64,000 bases of DNA from Eledone cirrhosa (GCA_964016885.1 CAXHJY010001478.1:59151-123150), one strand, 5' to 3'. Counted from the stretch's first letter, positions 1 through 15,000 are shown. Notes: generated by a model not told the origin, from the sequence alone. Numbers and translations: made by a program.

Positions 1-202
1 CCAAATTTCACTCGTGAGGTTTGGATGGATCGTCCCGAAGATATGGCTAATGATACATGCCCAGCATGTCACGCAGTGGAATTGAAACCGGGATCTTATA
101 ATTGCAAGGTGAAATTCCTAACCATTCGACCATGCTGTCTTTACACCGATAATATAAACTTGTAATTAAAATCATTCTAGCTCATCATCTCATTACCAGT
201 TT

Positions 203-723
203 AAAGCTGAGGCATGCTTTATAACCTCCACCCAGGAGTTATATCATTGAACATATTCTCTGCCCGCGAGGTGGAGTGGCTGTTGTAGCGAGTGTCGCTG
301 GCCATGTCCGCAGGAATGCTTTTGCGGTCCTGTCCGCGGGACATAGCCCCAAGCCCCATTTCGCCGCTCCCGAGGCGCAGAGAGAGAGAGAGAGTGTGAG
401 TCAGAAAAAAGGAAATGAGAAATGAGAAAAGAGATAAAAAGGAAAAATTCGAGCCCCATTACTGGCCTGCAAAGATGAAAGGCAAATTTGACCTCGGTAA
501 GATTTGAAATTTGCCCTTTGAGAGCAAGAACGTAAAACGCAAACGATTCTATCTCATAGCAATAATTGTCATATATTTCCACACTTTTCTTTATTGAATT
601 CCTTCAAGAATAGCGTCATTTACTGGGGGACTATGTCTGGATATATAATCCTAGAACATGAAAACTTTCGAGGTGAGAGTATATTATGTACGGAACAATA
701 TTTCAACAAGAGCCTATCCGATA
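203..723 (+). repeat. About 520-bp segment duplicated at 3909-4442
   Basis: High-identity direct copy including the GC-rich island, a (GA)n tract and a SINE fragment. This copy is bracketed by a 61-bp direct repeat (146-206, 718-778). Confidence 0.93.
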
Positions 724-1376
724 ATATAAACTTGTAATTAAAATCGTTCTAGCTCATCATCTCATCACTGATTTAAAGTTGCATACTGTCACCAAACATT
801 TTTGTGAACTATTTCGTCAATATTATTAAATGTAGGGGAAACTCAAGTGGACATAATATGTAAAGTCTGATTGAATTGCTTTTACAGTAGTTATAAAAAC
901 ATGGAAAATAATTATTGGAACAGCTCAAAATTATTAATAGTTGAAGAGACATTTTTGAATATACTGAAGAGTCTTTATGCAGAAATGATGCGAGAGAAAA
1001 GCATTAAACAGATTTTACAAAGTTAATTTAAAATAGATATATGCTAGAAAGACAGGTTTAAATAATACCTTCTTTCCTTCAATTTTCTACTTTTAAATTA
1101 AGCTATATAGACTGTTTTTCAAATCTATATGGTATATTGCTATGGAACGAAACACCTATTTTAAAGGGTTCATATTTAAATTAAAGGAGGTGAATTGGGA
1201 GAGTCTTTAGAACGTTAGATTTAATGTTTTGCGATATTCGTCCGGGTTCTCTGTACTGTGTACATAGGCGTCAAAACTAGTTTTCGCCAATATTGAATTC
1301 CAATAGAAAGCAGGGTGAAGGGGTGATGTCTTGATAACGACTAGAGTCAGAAACTTTGACCGTATATGTATATAGC

Positions 1377-1407
<31 letters not shown>

Positions 1408-1587
1408 TTAATACATTAACAGAGAAAGCTTTAAGCGATACTCCGACCGACTCCCATCTCACTCAACAAACATTAGGATATAGCTGAGTATAATACCAAT
1501 TATACGTTTGGAGTGCTAACTATATTATATTTTGTGGATAGCCGGTTGTATTATTTTATATGGGACATAATTAAATAAATCTCTCTT

Positions 1588-1694
1588 TCCATACGATCGT
1601 TTCGTTATAAGTTTTCTACAAATTGGGAAATGTAGAAGCTTGCATATAGCCCATAGGTATACATACAAGTGGGCACTTATAACTCATCAGTGGA
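1588..1694 (-). ncRNA. Type I hammerhead ribozyme with a large branched insert in loop II
   Basis: TCCA-CTGATGA-GTTATAAG-[insert of about 65-70 nt with two hairpins]-CTTATAAC-GAAA-CGATCG-TA-TGGA. Stem III region ACGATCGT is palindromic; GTA cleavage triplet. Confidence 0.8.
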
Positions 1695-2078
1695 TGCCCA
1701 GGCAATATCAATATAAAAAAAACACATTGATATTCAGCGATGGTCCCCGTCATATATATATATATATAAAAGGTCCCCGTCATATATATATATATATATA
1801 AGAACATAAAAGAGGGACATCCCCCAACTATATAAACCTTAATCTAGTTAGAAAAATATAAAAACAATCTCTTCTCAACATATATTAATAACCTTAAATT
1901 ACCACACTAATAATGGAAAGATATGCTGATGAGAATAGGTACAAATATGCGATAATGAATGTGTCTAAAAACGTCCATAAGTATGTAAATATATGTGAAA
2001 ATGTATATAAATAAGTAAATATATATATATGTTTGATGTGTATAGTTAGATGTAAGTGTATTCATGTATTAAAGTGCT

Positions 2079-2119
<41 letters not shown>

Positions 2120-3908
2120 GTATATATATATGTATGTATATATGTGTATATGGATGTGTATGTATGTGTATGTGTGTACACATGGACTAGAGTATGTATG
2201 TATATATGTGTGTGTCTATACGTGTGTATATAAAGATAAGTTGAGTATGAAAATGTATACACATGAGCGCGTATGTATGTACATGAATACATGTGTGTAT
2301 ATATATGTGTATGCATGTGTATATATATGTAAGTATGAATATGTGAATTGTGAGTATATGTATTTTGTAGAGGTGTGCAAATATATTTGTTTGTGAATGC
2401 GTGGGTGAAAGGATACGTACACTTGAAAGAAAAATTTAAGTCTGAATGTTAATTAAGTGCAAACACAAAACCAACCACGCATATCTTTACTATCTCTAAT
2501 CCTTCTATAGATTTAGAAAAAATAACCAATAATATATTCTATAAAAAATGTCAAAACAACAGATGGGAATCTAATTACTCACTGCCACCAAGAATTCTCA
2601 CTGCTATCGAAAAACCACTCCTTCAACTATTCTTCTAACAACTTCACCCCTCCCTCCTAATATTCTCTATAAAAACTAAATAGGTCCTCAGTAATATTAT
2701 TCTGATGAAATGACAGTAAATAATAACATTGAAATATTGAATGTCTGCATAACTAAAAGTTTGTAGATAGCAGCTGTTTTAGGTTATGTAACTGTTATAG
2801 AAACACGTGTCAATAAATTCCTTTCAACTAAACTGTATCCATTCAAATCTTTCTATATATATATATATAAGTGTGTGTATGTATATGTATGTACATTATA
2901 TATGTGTGCGTATATATTGTATATGTATGTGTGTATAAGTATATATGTATTATATATAAGATTTAAGATAAATTAAATGCAAGTAATGCACTACATCTAG
3001 CTTGACATAAGTAGTAGATGCTGTAAGGTCTCCCTGTTGACAGAATCAGAGAAGTATTTATATTATGATGAATAAACATGTAAAAATTAATCTCTTATGT
3101 TTATGCTTCATTCGTTTTGTAATGCAGCTTGTAATATAAAAAAGAATTGTACTTATATCTACATTAAATGTATTTCCAATTTTCTAACACACACTATGTT
3201 CTGCATACATATCTATTATGTAATATCATAGTGTTATTTGTTTATGTAGCAATTAATGGAGATCGCGTACCCAATACGACATTAGGTTTGAGATTGCAAG
3301 AGGTGAAGGAAAGGTTAAAGTTTCAGTTAGGGGATTTCCGAATATAAATTTAAAGATATCGCGAAAAGTCTTACATAAATAATCAACATGAAGATATGAC
3401 ATCTTCAATACAAAAACAAAACAAACAATGCATTATCTGCCTAACGCAATGGATTAACAACTAAATATTTCTAATGGTTAATCGCAGACTTTTCTGTCAT
3501 GTCTGAAGTGGTATTCTACAGCCGTCGTGTGGATTGTATTATATAGAGATGTCTTTTTCGCATTAAAAACAACAACATTATGAACAGCAAAGTTAAGCTA
3601 AATACTTGTTTAAAATATTCTTTTGTAATCCAAGAATGGAAACTATTAATGTCAATCAGTTGAATCTGTTTTGTAGAAGCGAGTTGGAGGCTAATGTGCT
3701 TAATGTATAATTTAAAGAATTCAGTGAGATATATTGGTGATGACGGTGTTTGATTAGTTGGTCATGTTAGGAAGGCATAATCGTATATCAAAAACAACAT
3801 CGCATTTACTGAGAGAAAGAGCCTTCTAAATAAAGGAATTGGACTCTAAACAGGAATAGTACAATGAATGGATTCAAATAATGGTCGATTTTTAACGGCA
3901 TGAAGGGG

Positions 3909-4076
3909 AAAGCTGAGGCATGCTTTATAAACTCTACCCAGGAGTTATATCATTGAACATATTCTCTGCCCGCGAGGTGGAGTGGCTGTTGTAGCGAGTG
4001 TCGCTGGCCATGTCCGCAGGAATGCTTTTGCGGTCCTGTCCGCGGGAGATAGGCCCCAAGCCCCATTTCGCCGCTC

Positions 4077-4124
<48 letters not shown>

Positions 4125-4442
4125 AAAAAGGAAATGAGAAATGAGAAAAGAGATAAAAAGGAAAAATTCAAGCCCCATTACTGGCCTGCAAAGATGAAAG
4201 GCAAAGTTGACCTCGGTAAGATTTGAAATTTGCGCTTTGAGAGCAAGAACGTAAAACGCAAAGCATTCTGACGCATAGCAATAATTGTCATATATTTCCA
4301 CACTTTTCTTTATTGAATTCCTTCAAGAATAGCGTCATTTACTGGGGAACTATGTCTGGATATATAATCCTAGAACATGAAAACTTTCGAGGTGAGAGTA
4401 TATTATGTATGGAACAATATTTCAACAAGAGCCTATCCGATA
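3909..4442 (+). repeat. Second (probable donor) copy of the 203-723 segment
   Basis: Aligns by eye to 203-723; longer (GA)n tract. Confidence 0.93.
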
Positions 4443-7400
4443 TCATGTGTCCATGTATTACAAGCATGTTATATAAGTATATTATATTTAAGTGAAGTAT
4501 GTTTAGTTGCGGTTATGTCGTGTTAATTAATCAGTGATCAGTTTCGCATTCAATATACACAGGTGTAAGCACATATGTGTGTGTATGTGTACGTATTTAT
4601 GTATCTATGCATCCATTATGTATGTATACAGTATGTATGTGTATATGTTTATATGTATGAATGTGTGTATGCATTATGTATGTATGCATTTATGTATATA
4701 TGTATGGATGTATGAATATGAATATTACATTACAAGAGTAATTTATGAAGGATGGAATGTAATATTGTTGAAGTGTTCCAAGAGCTGTAACTGTAGAACA
4801 GAACAATACACACTTCAATAGTTAACAGTTGAAGAGAAAGGCAAGACAATTGATCAGAATTGCTTAGTTGGGAATACAATAATAGTAGAATAACTGATTA
4901 AAGTTGATACCAATTTTAATGGAAGTTAAATGGGTCTCCGTCAGTTATGTGATGTATGGAAAAATGGAGCCTTCTATGTTCCTGTTACGTGTAAATGGAC
5001 AACCAACCAGGGCTCGCAACTATTCTGGCCAGAGGATGCGCCATAGAGAGCAGGAGAACGAGTTAACATGCCAACCAAAAATCCCAAGCGACAAATCAAC
5101 CGGCCAGCCAGTCAACCAACAATCTAGTTGGTTTCTAATTTAGTCACAGAACAAGTAGATTTGTACTTTATTTTCTCCACCCCGGAAGGTGAAAAGGCAA
5201 AGTTGACCTCGGCGGCACTTGAACTTAAAGTGAATAGTTCCAGTACACATACTACAATGGTAGGTTATTCGACACTCTAACCATTCTACCAATACTCTCT
5301 ACCTCAACTAACTAATTAATATTCAAATAACCATGGTTACAACAAGAACATGAAATCGCCCTCCTCCCCCGCACACCATACACCTTCCAATGCACATATT
5401 GAATACTTTAAACACCTAACATTCGTGTTGAAATAAACAAAACAAAGTTGTTTAATTTTCAAGAAGTTAAGAATGTTCAATACACTGGGAATACAATGTG
5501 AACACATTGTACATAGACAGACGTTTTCCTCAAGATATATTGTATATTAGAAACTATACAATACTCTAAAGAAACCTCTGATAAATATAAGTTCCATTAA
5601 AACAGAAATGCCCAAGAGTGTACAAGTGACATTTCAATAAAATACGAATAACACATTGAAAGAATATGAAAAATAAAATTAGTTATGTCTGAAGCTGCTT
5701 TTCCTTAACTGAAGGCAAATTGTTCAAGTTGAATGAAGGATAAGTTGGTAATGATTCAATCATCATTAGTAGTTAATGTTTGAAATAATATGCTGAGCGT
5801 TGGGGAAAATATGTGATATAATGCCCGTGTTATTACAGGCTTATAATTCCTTATTCATGAGTTCAATTCCAAACGTAGGTGGTTCCAGTGTTTCTTAATA
5901 CGCAAAATAGTAACTACCAAGTTTTTCTTTCTTCTCTCAAGATGGTTGGATAACATCCATATGCTCCACTTAGGAATTAAGTTGGATTAGTTGGAGACAG
6001 ATTGCTTCTGACAGGACCCGCTGAAATGCGCCGTTGAGGAATCTGCCCCCCCCCCACCACCAAACCACCCAGAAATAATTTGGAAAAACACCAAAAAAAA
6101 TAATGATAGGAAAATGAAAAAGAATTGAATATAGGTCGCTATATGTTACACAGTCAGCAGCTTCCCAAAATCTAATATTGTGTCTATGTCTTGCTAGGCG
6201 CTTATTGGACTGTGATTGAGCACCTCTAACATAAACAGATTCTGTAGCTGTGTGTGAGAAAAGAAGAATTATTGAAGTACTGGGATCGATTAAACTGACT
6301 AATCCCCCCCCCCCCCCCCCACACAAAATATGACTTGTTAGAAATGTTCAGACCAACAGTTGTTACAATCGATGTTATCTTTTATCGGTCCAAACCCTAT
6401 TATAATGAAGTCAACTTTTATCATCTTCTCATTTATAAAGACAATTCATTTCTGCTCAATGAAAATACATCATTGATTTTGTTTGAAATTTAATTTATAT
6501 TTCGGCAACATTTGTAGATAATAATTATCTAACAAAGTCATGTACCAAGTCCTTTTCTCGATTCACCTGCACCACACATTCCAAACCATTCATATTAGGG
6601 GTGATGTTGCGTATTAGAGCGTATGTGTATGTGTGAATCTGTACAATTAAGACATTGTATCTTCTAACAAAATATGAAGACATTACAAATGTTAAGTGTC
6701 AACTACTGTCTCTGTTCTGATCCTTTCCAGAGACAGTCCTTATTTAAAATTCGTAACACATGTTTCAGAATATTCTTTAACTTCATTTCAGAAAACAGGA
6801 TTAAAGCTATGAGAGAAAAGTATCGCTTCAACTGACTTTTAAATGAATACCTTTAATGCCATGTGGATTATATGTTGTTCCTCGTGTCAGGGAATGAGTG
6901 AATGATTGTTTTAAATATTAGATTATCTGTAATGCATTAAACAAATCCTGTTTTATGGTGTAAGCCATAAACGTTATATAATAAAAAATAACATCATATA
7001 AAACATGTAAACCTATCCTATATTACTTAACAATTCTGAGGATTTGTAATCAACTGCGATCCCATAGTCAGGGAATTAGCCCTGGCCATCGGTTAGGATT
7101 ATGATGTGAATAATTGTAAACGATTAGTTCCAATACTCAGGTCTCTTGTATTCATCAGTTGTACGTATGTCGTTGACATTTTCTTTAACTACAAATAGTT
7201 CCATTCTGATCAACCAACATCATTATCGTTATCATCAAGCAACCAAAATCCTTCTCCACCCATTGCAGATTTCATGATAAATTGTGGACCCCACGGTCGC
7301 AGGATTAACAGTGGCAATCGGTGCGCTTTGAATATATGTCTTATATGAATTACTTGAATATGTTATATTTATCTATGTCATGATATATAAGTTCAGTTTA

Positions 7401-8465
7401 GTTACAAACATCATTCTAAATAGAATTTAGTTATTTGTTCAAATGTAAATAGGAGGAAACGTGTAGAATTCTTGTTCTTGTTTATTCTGAGGCCAGGTTT
7501 CATTCAGAAAGCCTCTGATAAAAGATATTCCAGCCATACACATCCTGTCTAAAACTGTAGAGCACTAGATTAAACAATGTGATTCATCTAGTTTGATTTG
7601 AGGGAAACTTTTTCTGTCATTTCAAGCAGGAAAGCAGCGACCTTGAGAGGCTCACTCTGAAAGCTATGAATGATTGAATGGTTGTGTTTTTGTTTTTTCT
7701 TTTGTTTTTTGTTTTTTTTTAGAAATATCTGAATCGTTTTACAAAATGGGAAATTGAGAAAATAAACATTTTATGACACATATACATTCATGAATTCCAT
7801 TATTAAAAGTACATTGTAGAATTTTAATTTAAAAATATTTCAACGATGCAACGAGAATAGGAAATCCAGATGAAGAATGCTTGGGATAAATAGAAAATAC
7901 CAAAAGCTCTAAAGATGACAACGAGAGCTAAACATTTTATAGGAAACTGTTGACGTCATGTGTAGTCAGAAAAGAAACCAAAAGAGAGTTGGCAGAATAT
8001 CGAACAAGTATAATGGCTGCGAGGAGTGGAAATAAAAGGATAGCGTCACTGGTTTGCTTGCTGGCAGCGAAGAAAGAGGAGAAAGAATAATCAACTGATA
8101 TTTTCATTAAAAAATAGCTAATGGGAGAACCTCCCCACATCCGTCATAACTCACACATATCCATGCAGGCATAACTCTGTGTTTAAAGAATTAGCTTCGA
8201 AACTGATGAACAACTTCGAGCCGACATTTTAGAAATGCATGTAGAAATTTAACCAAATGCTATATAAAACACACACACACACCGTGTCTGTTGTGACATC
8301 TGTATCATGATTTCACGATAGTGTAGTTGTTGAGGCAAAGATGGCAGCGTTTTAACTGATGACGTTTTATAATGTTTGATACTTATCTATCCACACACAC
8401 ATTATGTATATGTGTGTTAATAAATATATGAATACATTTTATATATATGCATCTATACACACAGA

Positions 8466-8559
<94 letters not shown>

Positions 8560-10128
8560 TGCGTGCATGCCTGCGTGCATGCGTGCGTGCGTGCGTGTGC
8601 GTGTGTGTGTGTGTGTAAGTATGCATATATATGATGGAAGTTGAAAGATAGTAGACTTAGATAGGGAGAGAATTGTTGCAAGAATCGATACGAATGTGTC
8701 GGTGGTTAAACTGTCCCCACTAATGAAAATATCAATAATGCTAAGATTGATAGAAAATAATTCCTCTCGGCAAATATTCTGCACGAATTTGAAAATTCGG
8801 AAAATTAAAAGAAAAGAACTAAAAAAAAATAAATTCAAAATTAACATACACACACACCCACATATATATATTTATATGTAATGTATGTATATATACACAT
8901 ATAAACACACACACATATGCATACATATATACATACATACGTACATACATACATATACATATATGTGTGTATTTGTATGTATGTATATAAAACAAAAGCA
9001 AATGAAAACAACACCAACAACATTTGAACATTAACCGTTGAAAGTCTTTGTATTTAAGGATTTATCTTTAATCCGGCCGGATGTAATTTAAGAAAGGAAA
9101 TTAACATGCAAAGCGCATATTTCTGAAAGTTTCCACAAAGAGGGGAAAAAAAACAAAATACAAAAACGAACAACCTAAAACAAAAAATGGAAAATGTATT
9201 TCGTTTAGTAATTTTCTCTGTAATCCTTTGTCGTGCGAGGTTCAACTATTGTTGGAACGAAACGCAACGAAAACAAAATCCAAACTTTACAACAAACCTC
9301 CTTTTCAAATATATGATCAGAATATAGAATATATAAGCAAGATTGTAAAAGAAGGAAAGTATACAAAGCCATTTTATAAATATAAAAACATCGAACCAAT
9401 TATTAAACAACATTTTTTTTTTTACTTCTGCCAAATCGCTAAATGTATTTTCAAATAATCGATCATCAATAAATCAATTTTCACTTTTAGATATTGAATA
9501 AATATATAAAACATATAAATATAAATAAAAGAAAATCACAAGAAAGCATGAAGGGAACCTCCATTTCTTTACGGTTCCAGATTCTCGGAGAATGAAATTT
9601 AAAAGATAATGCAATAATTATCGTTGCAATCCTTTGTTAAATTCTTCGTCTCATTTAAGCAAACATTAATGTTAAAAACTGAATCGATAGAATCTGAATC
9701 CAGAGTATGCTGAAATTGACTTTCTGTGGAAGAAACCATTTAGTTGGAAGTAGAAACATTATTTATACAGGTTAATAGATGTCCCGTATTTTATGCCATG
9801 CCACGCGCCTTTAACTTCTGATTAAATTGTAGGGCCCTGTTAGTGATATACAGCGCCCATCCCCCTCTGAATCTGAACACATCCATTTTCCTCCAGATAG
9901 AGAGAGAGAGGATGCGAACCATAAAGTTAGAAATGCATAGACAATTATCCTCCGATGCTTTTGCTGGAATCCGCTAGACGGTGATGGCCGTTAATCTTCT
10001 ATTCATAGCTGGGCTTTCAAAATGTTTATATATTAAACATACTCTATATCGATAGATATACGAAACACACGCACACACACACACATATATATATATATGT
10101 GTATATATATATATCTGTGTGTGTGTAT

Positions 10129-10160
<32 letters not shown>

Positions 10161-11499
10161 GTATGTATGTATATACACACACACTAAATCAGTTTCTAAA
10201 TAAGAACATTGTAGTAGAAAGAGACTATATTTTATATCTGCGGTGTACAGCTGTTTTGTAGGCAGTCGATTCCACTCATCGATAGTGTGCTTATTTCATT
10301 GTCGTATGCAATATTTAATAATTCCATTGCTGTATTCAGCATTCTCTATCCAAGCACACACAAGAAATCATCTGTATACAAAAGACGACAGCAATTGCCT
10401 CGAGTACAATTACATGTCTTTAGTACAGGATATTCCTTTTAAACGTCGTTCTCATGATACTGCTTTTAGGGAATAACCATTAACGTTATTCATACATTAG
10501 TGTCATAATATCGATATCTTTTCCATACAAGCAGAGAGGACTATGATAAGCATTAGTTGACGTCTCACTTCCTATCGACCACTCCGATCCTAATTCACAG
10601 ATCCTTTCACAGTTTTACATAGAAAATAAATATTCGCTACCGATAAATATCTACCATAAAATGTTAATTATTCGAACGAATTTCTTCTTCAGTTGTTGAA
10701 AACCACCAAATTAATGTTTTAACGATTTCAGTAAAAAAGAAATAGGAAAAATGCGTCTCGAAGTAAGGTATCAATCAGACCAGCAAAAGTATTTGAAATA
10801 ATATTGATTGCTTATGTTGCTGTGTGTTGTAAATGTGAGATATATTACAGGAAACATTAAATCAAAACAGTCAGACAACTCTGAAGTCTCTCTCCTTACA
10901 GCAGCGAAAGTTAGTGAAGGAGAGGCAGCAGGAAAAAGAGGTAGAAACATAGAGAAGGAGAGAGTGAGAGATGGAGAGAAAGAGTTGTTGAATAGAGAGA
11001 CAGATACGTTAACATGGATGAAAGAAAACATTTACATTTGGTTAGAAATTATTTTATCATTGTTCATTTCAAGAATTTTTAGTCGTCAAAGCAATACATC
11101 AGTATCTTCTCCAATTAGAAGTAGATAAACATAGAGATAGCCTCTCGTATATAATGGACACTATTTCGTTTACATGTGTCGATGGTTAGACACAAGAATA
11201 GTAAGTGATTTCATGTAATTGTAAAATCTATTGTTACTGACCGCATCCTATCATTTACCAGTAATGTTGCATCAGCGATAAAAGCAGTACAAGAACAGGG
11301 CCCAGCTGTCACATCGGACCAAGGAGACCACCTTTCTATTGCTGAAACTATCCGCGGCTCAAAATTCCTGGGAGAGGGAGTGGGTTTGAATTCGAAACTC
11401 ACAGAGCCAGATCAAATACTTCAAAACATCCAGTCCGACTCTTGGACAGCTGTTTTATTTATAAGAACCCAAAAGATGAAAAGGAAAGTTAACCTCAGT

Positions 11500-12000
11500 A
11501 GGATTACTACACAAGGATGCTACGTGTGGCTCATAATTTAAGGGATAGCAGCACATGACAAAAGAGTGTACATGTGAAAACATCCAAAATGTATGAGAGA
11601 AGATCAGAGAACTCTGACTCAAAATCATTATCCATGACATCCTGAAAAGAGAGATTCAAAGTGGTATCCATGATACAGAATGGGAAAGCATAGTCGACAT
11701 ACATTGACAGCTTCAAGTAAGATACAAGCCTGGAGTCTAGCTAGGAACAGAAGACGGTAGTGTTGGGCAGAGAAACAGAGAAGTGTGATCGATGACATCG
11801 CACATATATTGACAAACTATAGCAGGATACTGACATGGAGTCTATCTACGAACTGAAGTTATTAATTATAGACAGAGAAGTCTGGTCGATGTGATGATAA
11901 CTTGAAGCAGGTTACTGACCTAGAATTTATCTAGGAACTGAAGATGCCAAAGGTGGACAGAGAAGTCTGAAATATGGAATTTGTTTTAGTGACCATCGTG
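11500..12000 (+). mobile_element. Old RTE LINE 3' remnant
   Basis: Degenerate TYIDKL*QDTDMESIYELK...DREVW, with a diverged tandem repeat of this segment near 11910-11970. Boundaries approximate. Confidence 0.5.
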
Positions 12001-15000
12001 GGAGCTTGATCTAAGGAGGTAATTATGTTTTTTTAAATTTTTTTTTTTATTGAATATCAATAAATGTTGTGTTTGATTTTACAGAAACTTCAAACAAGAG
12101 TGGTGGTATACTGTATCTGGAAAATACCTCCATAATCTTCTTGCAGTGGACTGTGAAATGTATTATTTATTTTACGTGTAAGTTTATAAGTGCGTAGGTG
12201 GTAAATATAGAAGATATTCAGTTAGAGGAAATCAAAGTAGTTTCTAATTAGTTTGAAGTGTGGATATTCTGTATCATGGTTATTGTGAAGTAAATATTTA
12301 TTAAGTCAATAGATGCTTCTATTTACAACAGTAACACATTTCTTCTATGAAGGTTTATGAATATTTCTGTTTATATTTCTGTGGAATGCAAACAGAACAT
12401 TAGTGAAACATTTGTAGATTTTTTTTTTTCATCTTGTAAGATATAATAAAGTGAGCTTTGGTCAAATGATATGGCCTCTACTCTTTCGTTAATGTATTCT
12501 AGCACAATACATATTCATTTATGTAAGTGTTGGTAATTAGTCGCAGAACATAAAAACATTAACTTGTTGATCTCACATAGTGGTTATAGGTGTCAGAGGA
12601 AGAAATCATGCGATATAAATACAGAAAAAAATAAACAATAATGGCAGCGTTGAAAGAATAAAGATTAATGAAAAATAAAGACAATGAAAGACAAAAGTGG
12701 GTGGCGGGTGAGAACGAGGAGGAGAAGCAATAAAAGCAAGCATCTTAAGAGATCAGTGGATGATTTAAAATTCGTGACAAGCAGATGTTGCCTGAATGTC
12801 ATATGACACCGACTTATGCATAAATGATATGGCGTGTGTTGTTTCTATCACGGCTTGCGTGTATCAAGAAGTTTGTAAGACTAACTTTATAAACTATACA
12901 ATAGCTTTTGTTTACTAATCAAGATGAGAATACAGTATTAGATGTCTGTGACTAACGGTCAAAGAGAAAAGCTAGGAAGATTACCTCCCTTTCTTAACGG
13001 CGATTTAATGCTTAAGAAATACATTTTGTCAGAAAACGACAGCAGGGAAAAGCAAACAAACAGATAAATAAATAAATATAACTAATATTAAAGAGACAGG
13101 AAATTTTCATCAATGATGAATTGAAACGTGTCAAAAATAATCGATAATTTAATTTAATCTCGGTCTCGGTCCTTCTGGATTATAGGGAAATATAATACAA
13201 CAGTCAATAACAGAAACAACAACAGCAACACCCGTCAGAAATCTGTTTAAAACACGAAGTATCTAATAATAATTAAACTAGGAACATTGAACTAGCATTC
13301 ATTTGACCCCCACCGAGACATTTACTAATGTTATTTGTTAGTAATACTGTTTGTTTAGTAAATATCACATATATGGCCATACACTTAGGTATTTCATCAA
13401 TGAGAAATGACAAAACAGAAACGAATGTTTAGTAAAATTACAAGCAACTGTTTCAAACTGTTTGGCCACATCGAGCACTCAACTTGTGATTTCTCTATAA
13501 TTTGCCTAAAGGATATCATACCTAAAAAACCGAGGATGCCCCAATGAGAAATGGAGAGCCCAGAACCCTAAAATAGTTCCAATGTCCCAAAAGTCCAAAT
13601 CATGGAAAGAGCTTAACGCAATGAGAAAGAACAGGGGAAAAGGGGTAATACATGGTTGCTCAGTTCTTTGAGAACACGTCTTGGAATTGATATCTTATTT
13701 AACGACACCAAAAGGAAGAAAAGTAAAGTTAACTTCGATGGATGTTGGACTGAGAGAGCAGGAAAACGGAATAAAAAGAAATTGAATCATTTTAATCCGA
13801 GTTCCGAACGACTCTGCCAACTCGCCGCATCGCTGAATAGGTAAAAGTTGAAATATTTATAAAAAGATTTTTTACTAAGTGCAACAGACTAAAATAGCCT
13901 ATGCAATTATTAAGAATGGTTTTAACTTTTTCAGTTCTCGTTCAATACCAAACAAGCAAACTATATCGAAGCATATACAGACCATACATTAATTACTACC
14001 TTACAGGGAATTCTTTTGACTACGAAAATTAAAGCAAATCACTATTTATGAAAATAATATGTCTGCCAAAGAAATATACTTGTTATAAATGATCAGCTAT
14101 ATAACTGAGGAAATTAGAAATAATTATTTTTCTCGTTCAATGACACTATATTATTTAGAAGTCGGTACTATATCAAACCCTGATCATCTAGGGAATTACA
14201 ACAAAATAGGACGACGTGGAGGGGTGAAGCAGATTTTGTGTTCGTAAGGAAATTTCATTCAGTGAAGACGAATGGCTCGGAGATATAAAACAACTTATGA
14301 ACTTTGATCTTTAGTGAGTTTTAATTGATTCTATGAATGGCAAAGGCTGCCATATTTATAGCATCATAACCAATATTCATTACCAGTATGTTTTCTTGAA
14401 ATGCGATTGAAATATTATAAAGCAGTCTCCGTCTTTAAAATGATAGAATCATTGTGTCGTGACCGTATTGATACATTGATTTCACTATTTGTTTTCACGA
14501 CAAGCAATTAGACAGTGAATATTTTAATTAGTCAATCAATAATCTTTAGACGGTATCATATTTCTTCCTACTTTAGGGTAGAGCGTCGGGCAAAATGTAT
14601 TGTGGTATTTAGATACTTCTGAGTTCAACTTCTATTATGGTTAGCTTTGCCTTTCATCCTTACAGGGACGATAAAATAAAGTATCAGTAACACACTAGAC
14701 GATTTATTCGATATTCCCTTCCCACTAAATTGTTGGTCTTGTATCTAAATCAGAAACCATATTTTTACCTATTTATCTTTTCGAGTAGATTGAACTTAAC
14801 CATTGGTCTCATATAGTGTTTCAAATTTTGACCAACTATCACTACATTTTCAAGGGATTAGTCCGTCTGTTTAAATTATTTTAATTATAAATTGGCATTG
14901 ACAACATATTTAAGTAATAAAAGAGGTAGTAGTTGATGCTAGTGATATACTCTGTAGACAACTTCTATTATAGGTTTTCCTTATCCCTGTATATATCCAA

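Noticed and set aside
255-375. HDV-like ribozyme or RNase MRP/P resemblance (ctccacctcgcggg, ggcgaaatggggc, gggcagaga)
   Set aside because: The motifs are in the wrong order, and no P1/P2/P3 or P4 pairing could be built.
244-582. ORFs 244-582 and 3945-4301 as duplicated genes
   Set aside because: They run through a SINE fragment and a (GA)n tract, and the frame differs between the copies.
2695-2745. CTGATGA-AATG...CATT-GAAA hammerhead-like motif
   Set aside because: The cleavage position reads G (not NUH) and stem I is only 3 bp; at most a dead relic.
7120-7165. Minus-strand CTGATGA with ATAC/GTAT stem; similar partial motifs near 16220, 37290, 40237 and 59538
   Set aside because: The GAAA core and/or stem I pairing is missing, which is compatible with chance in AT-rich DNA.
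11211-11540. Open frames on both strands as a candidate next guanylyl cyclase exon
   Set aside because: No kinase-homology-domain similarity, and the region overlaps SINE remnants.
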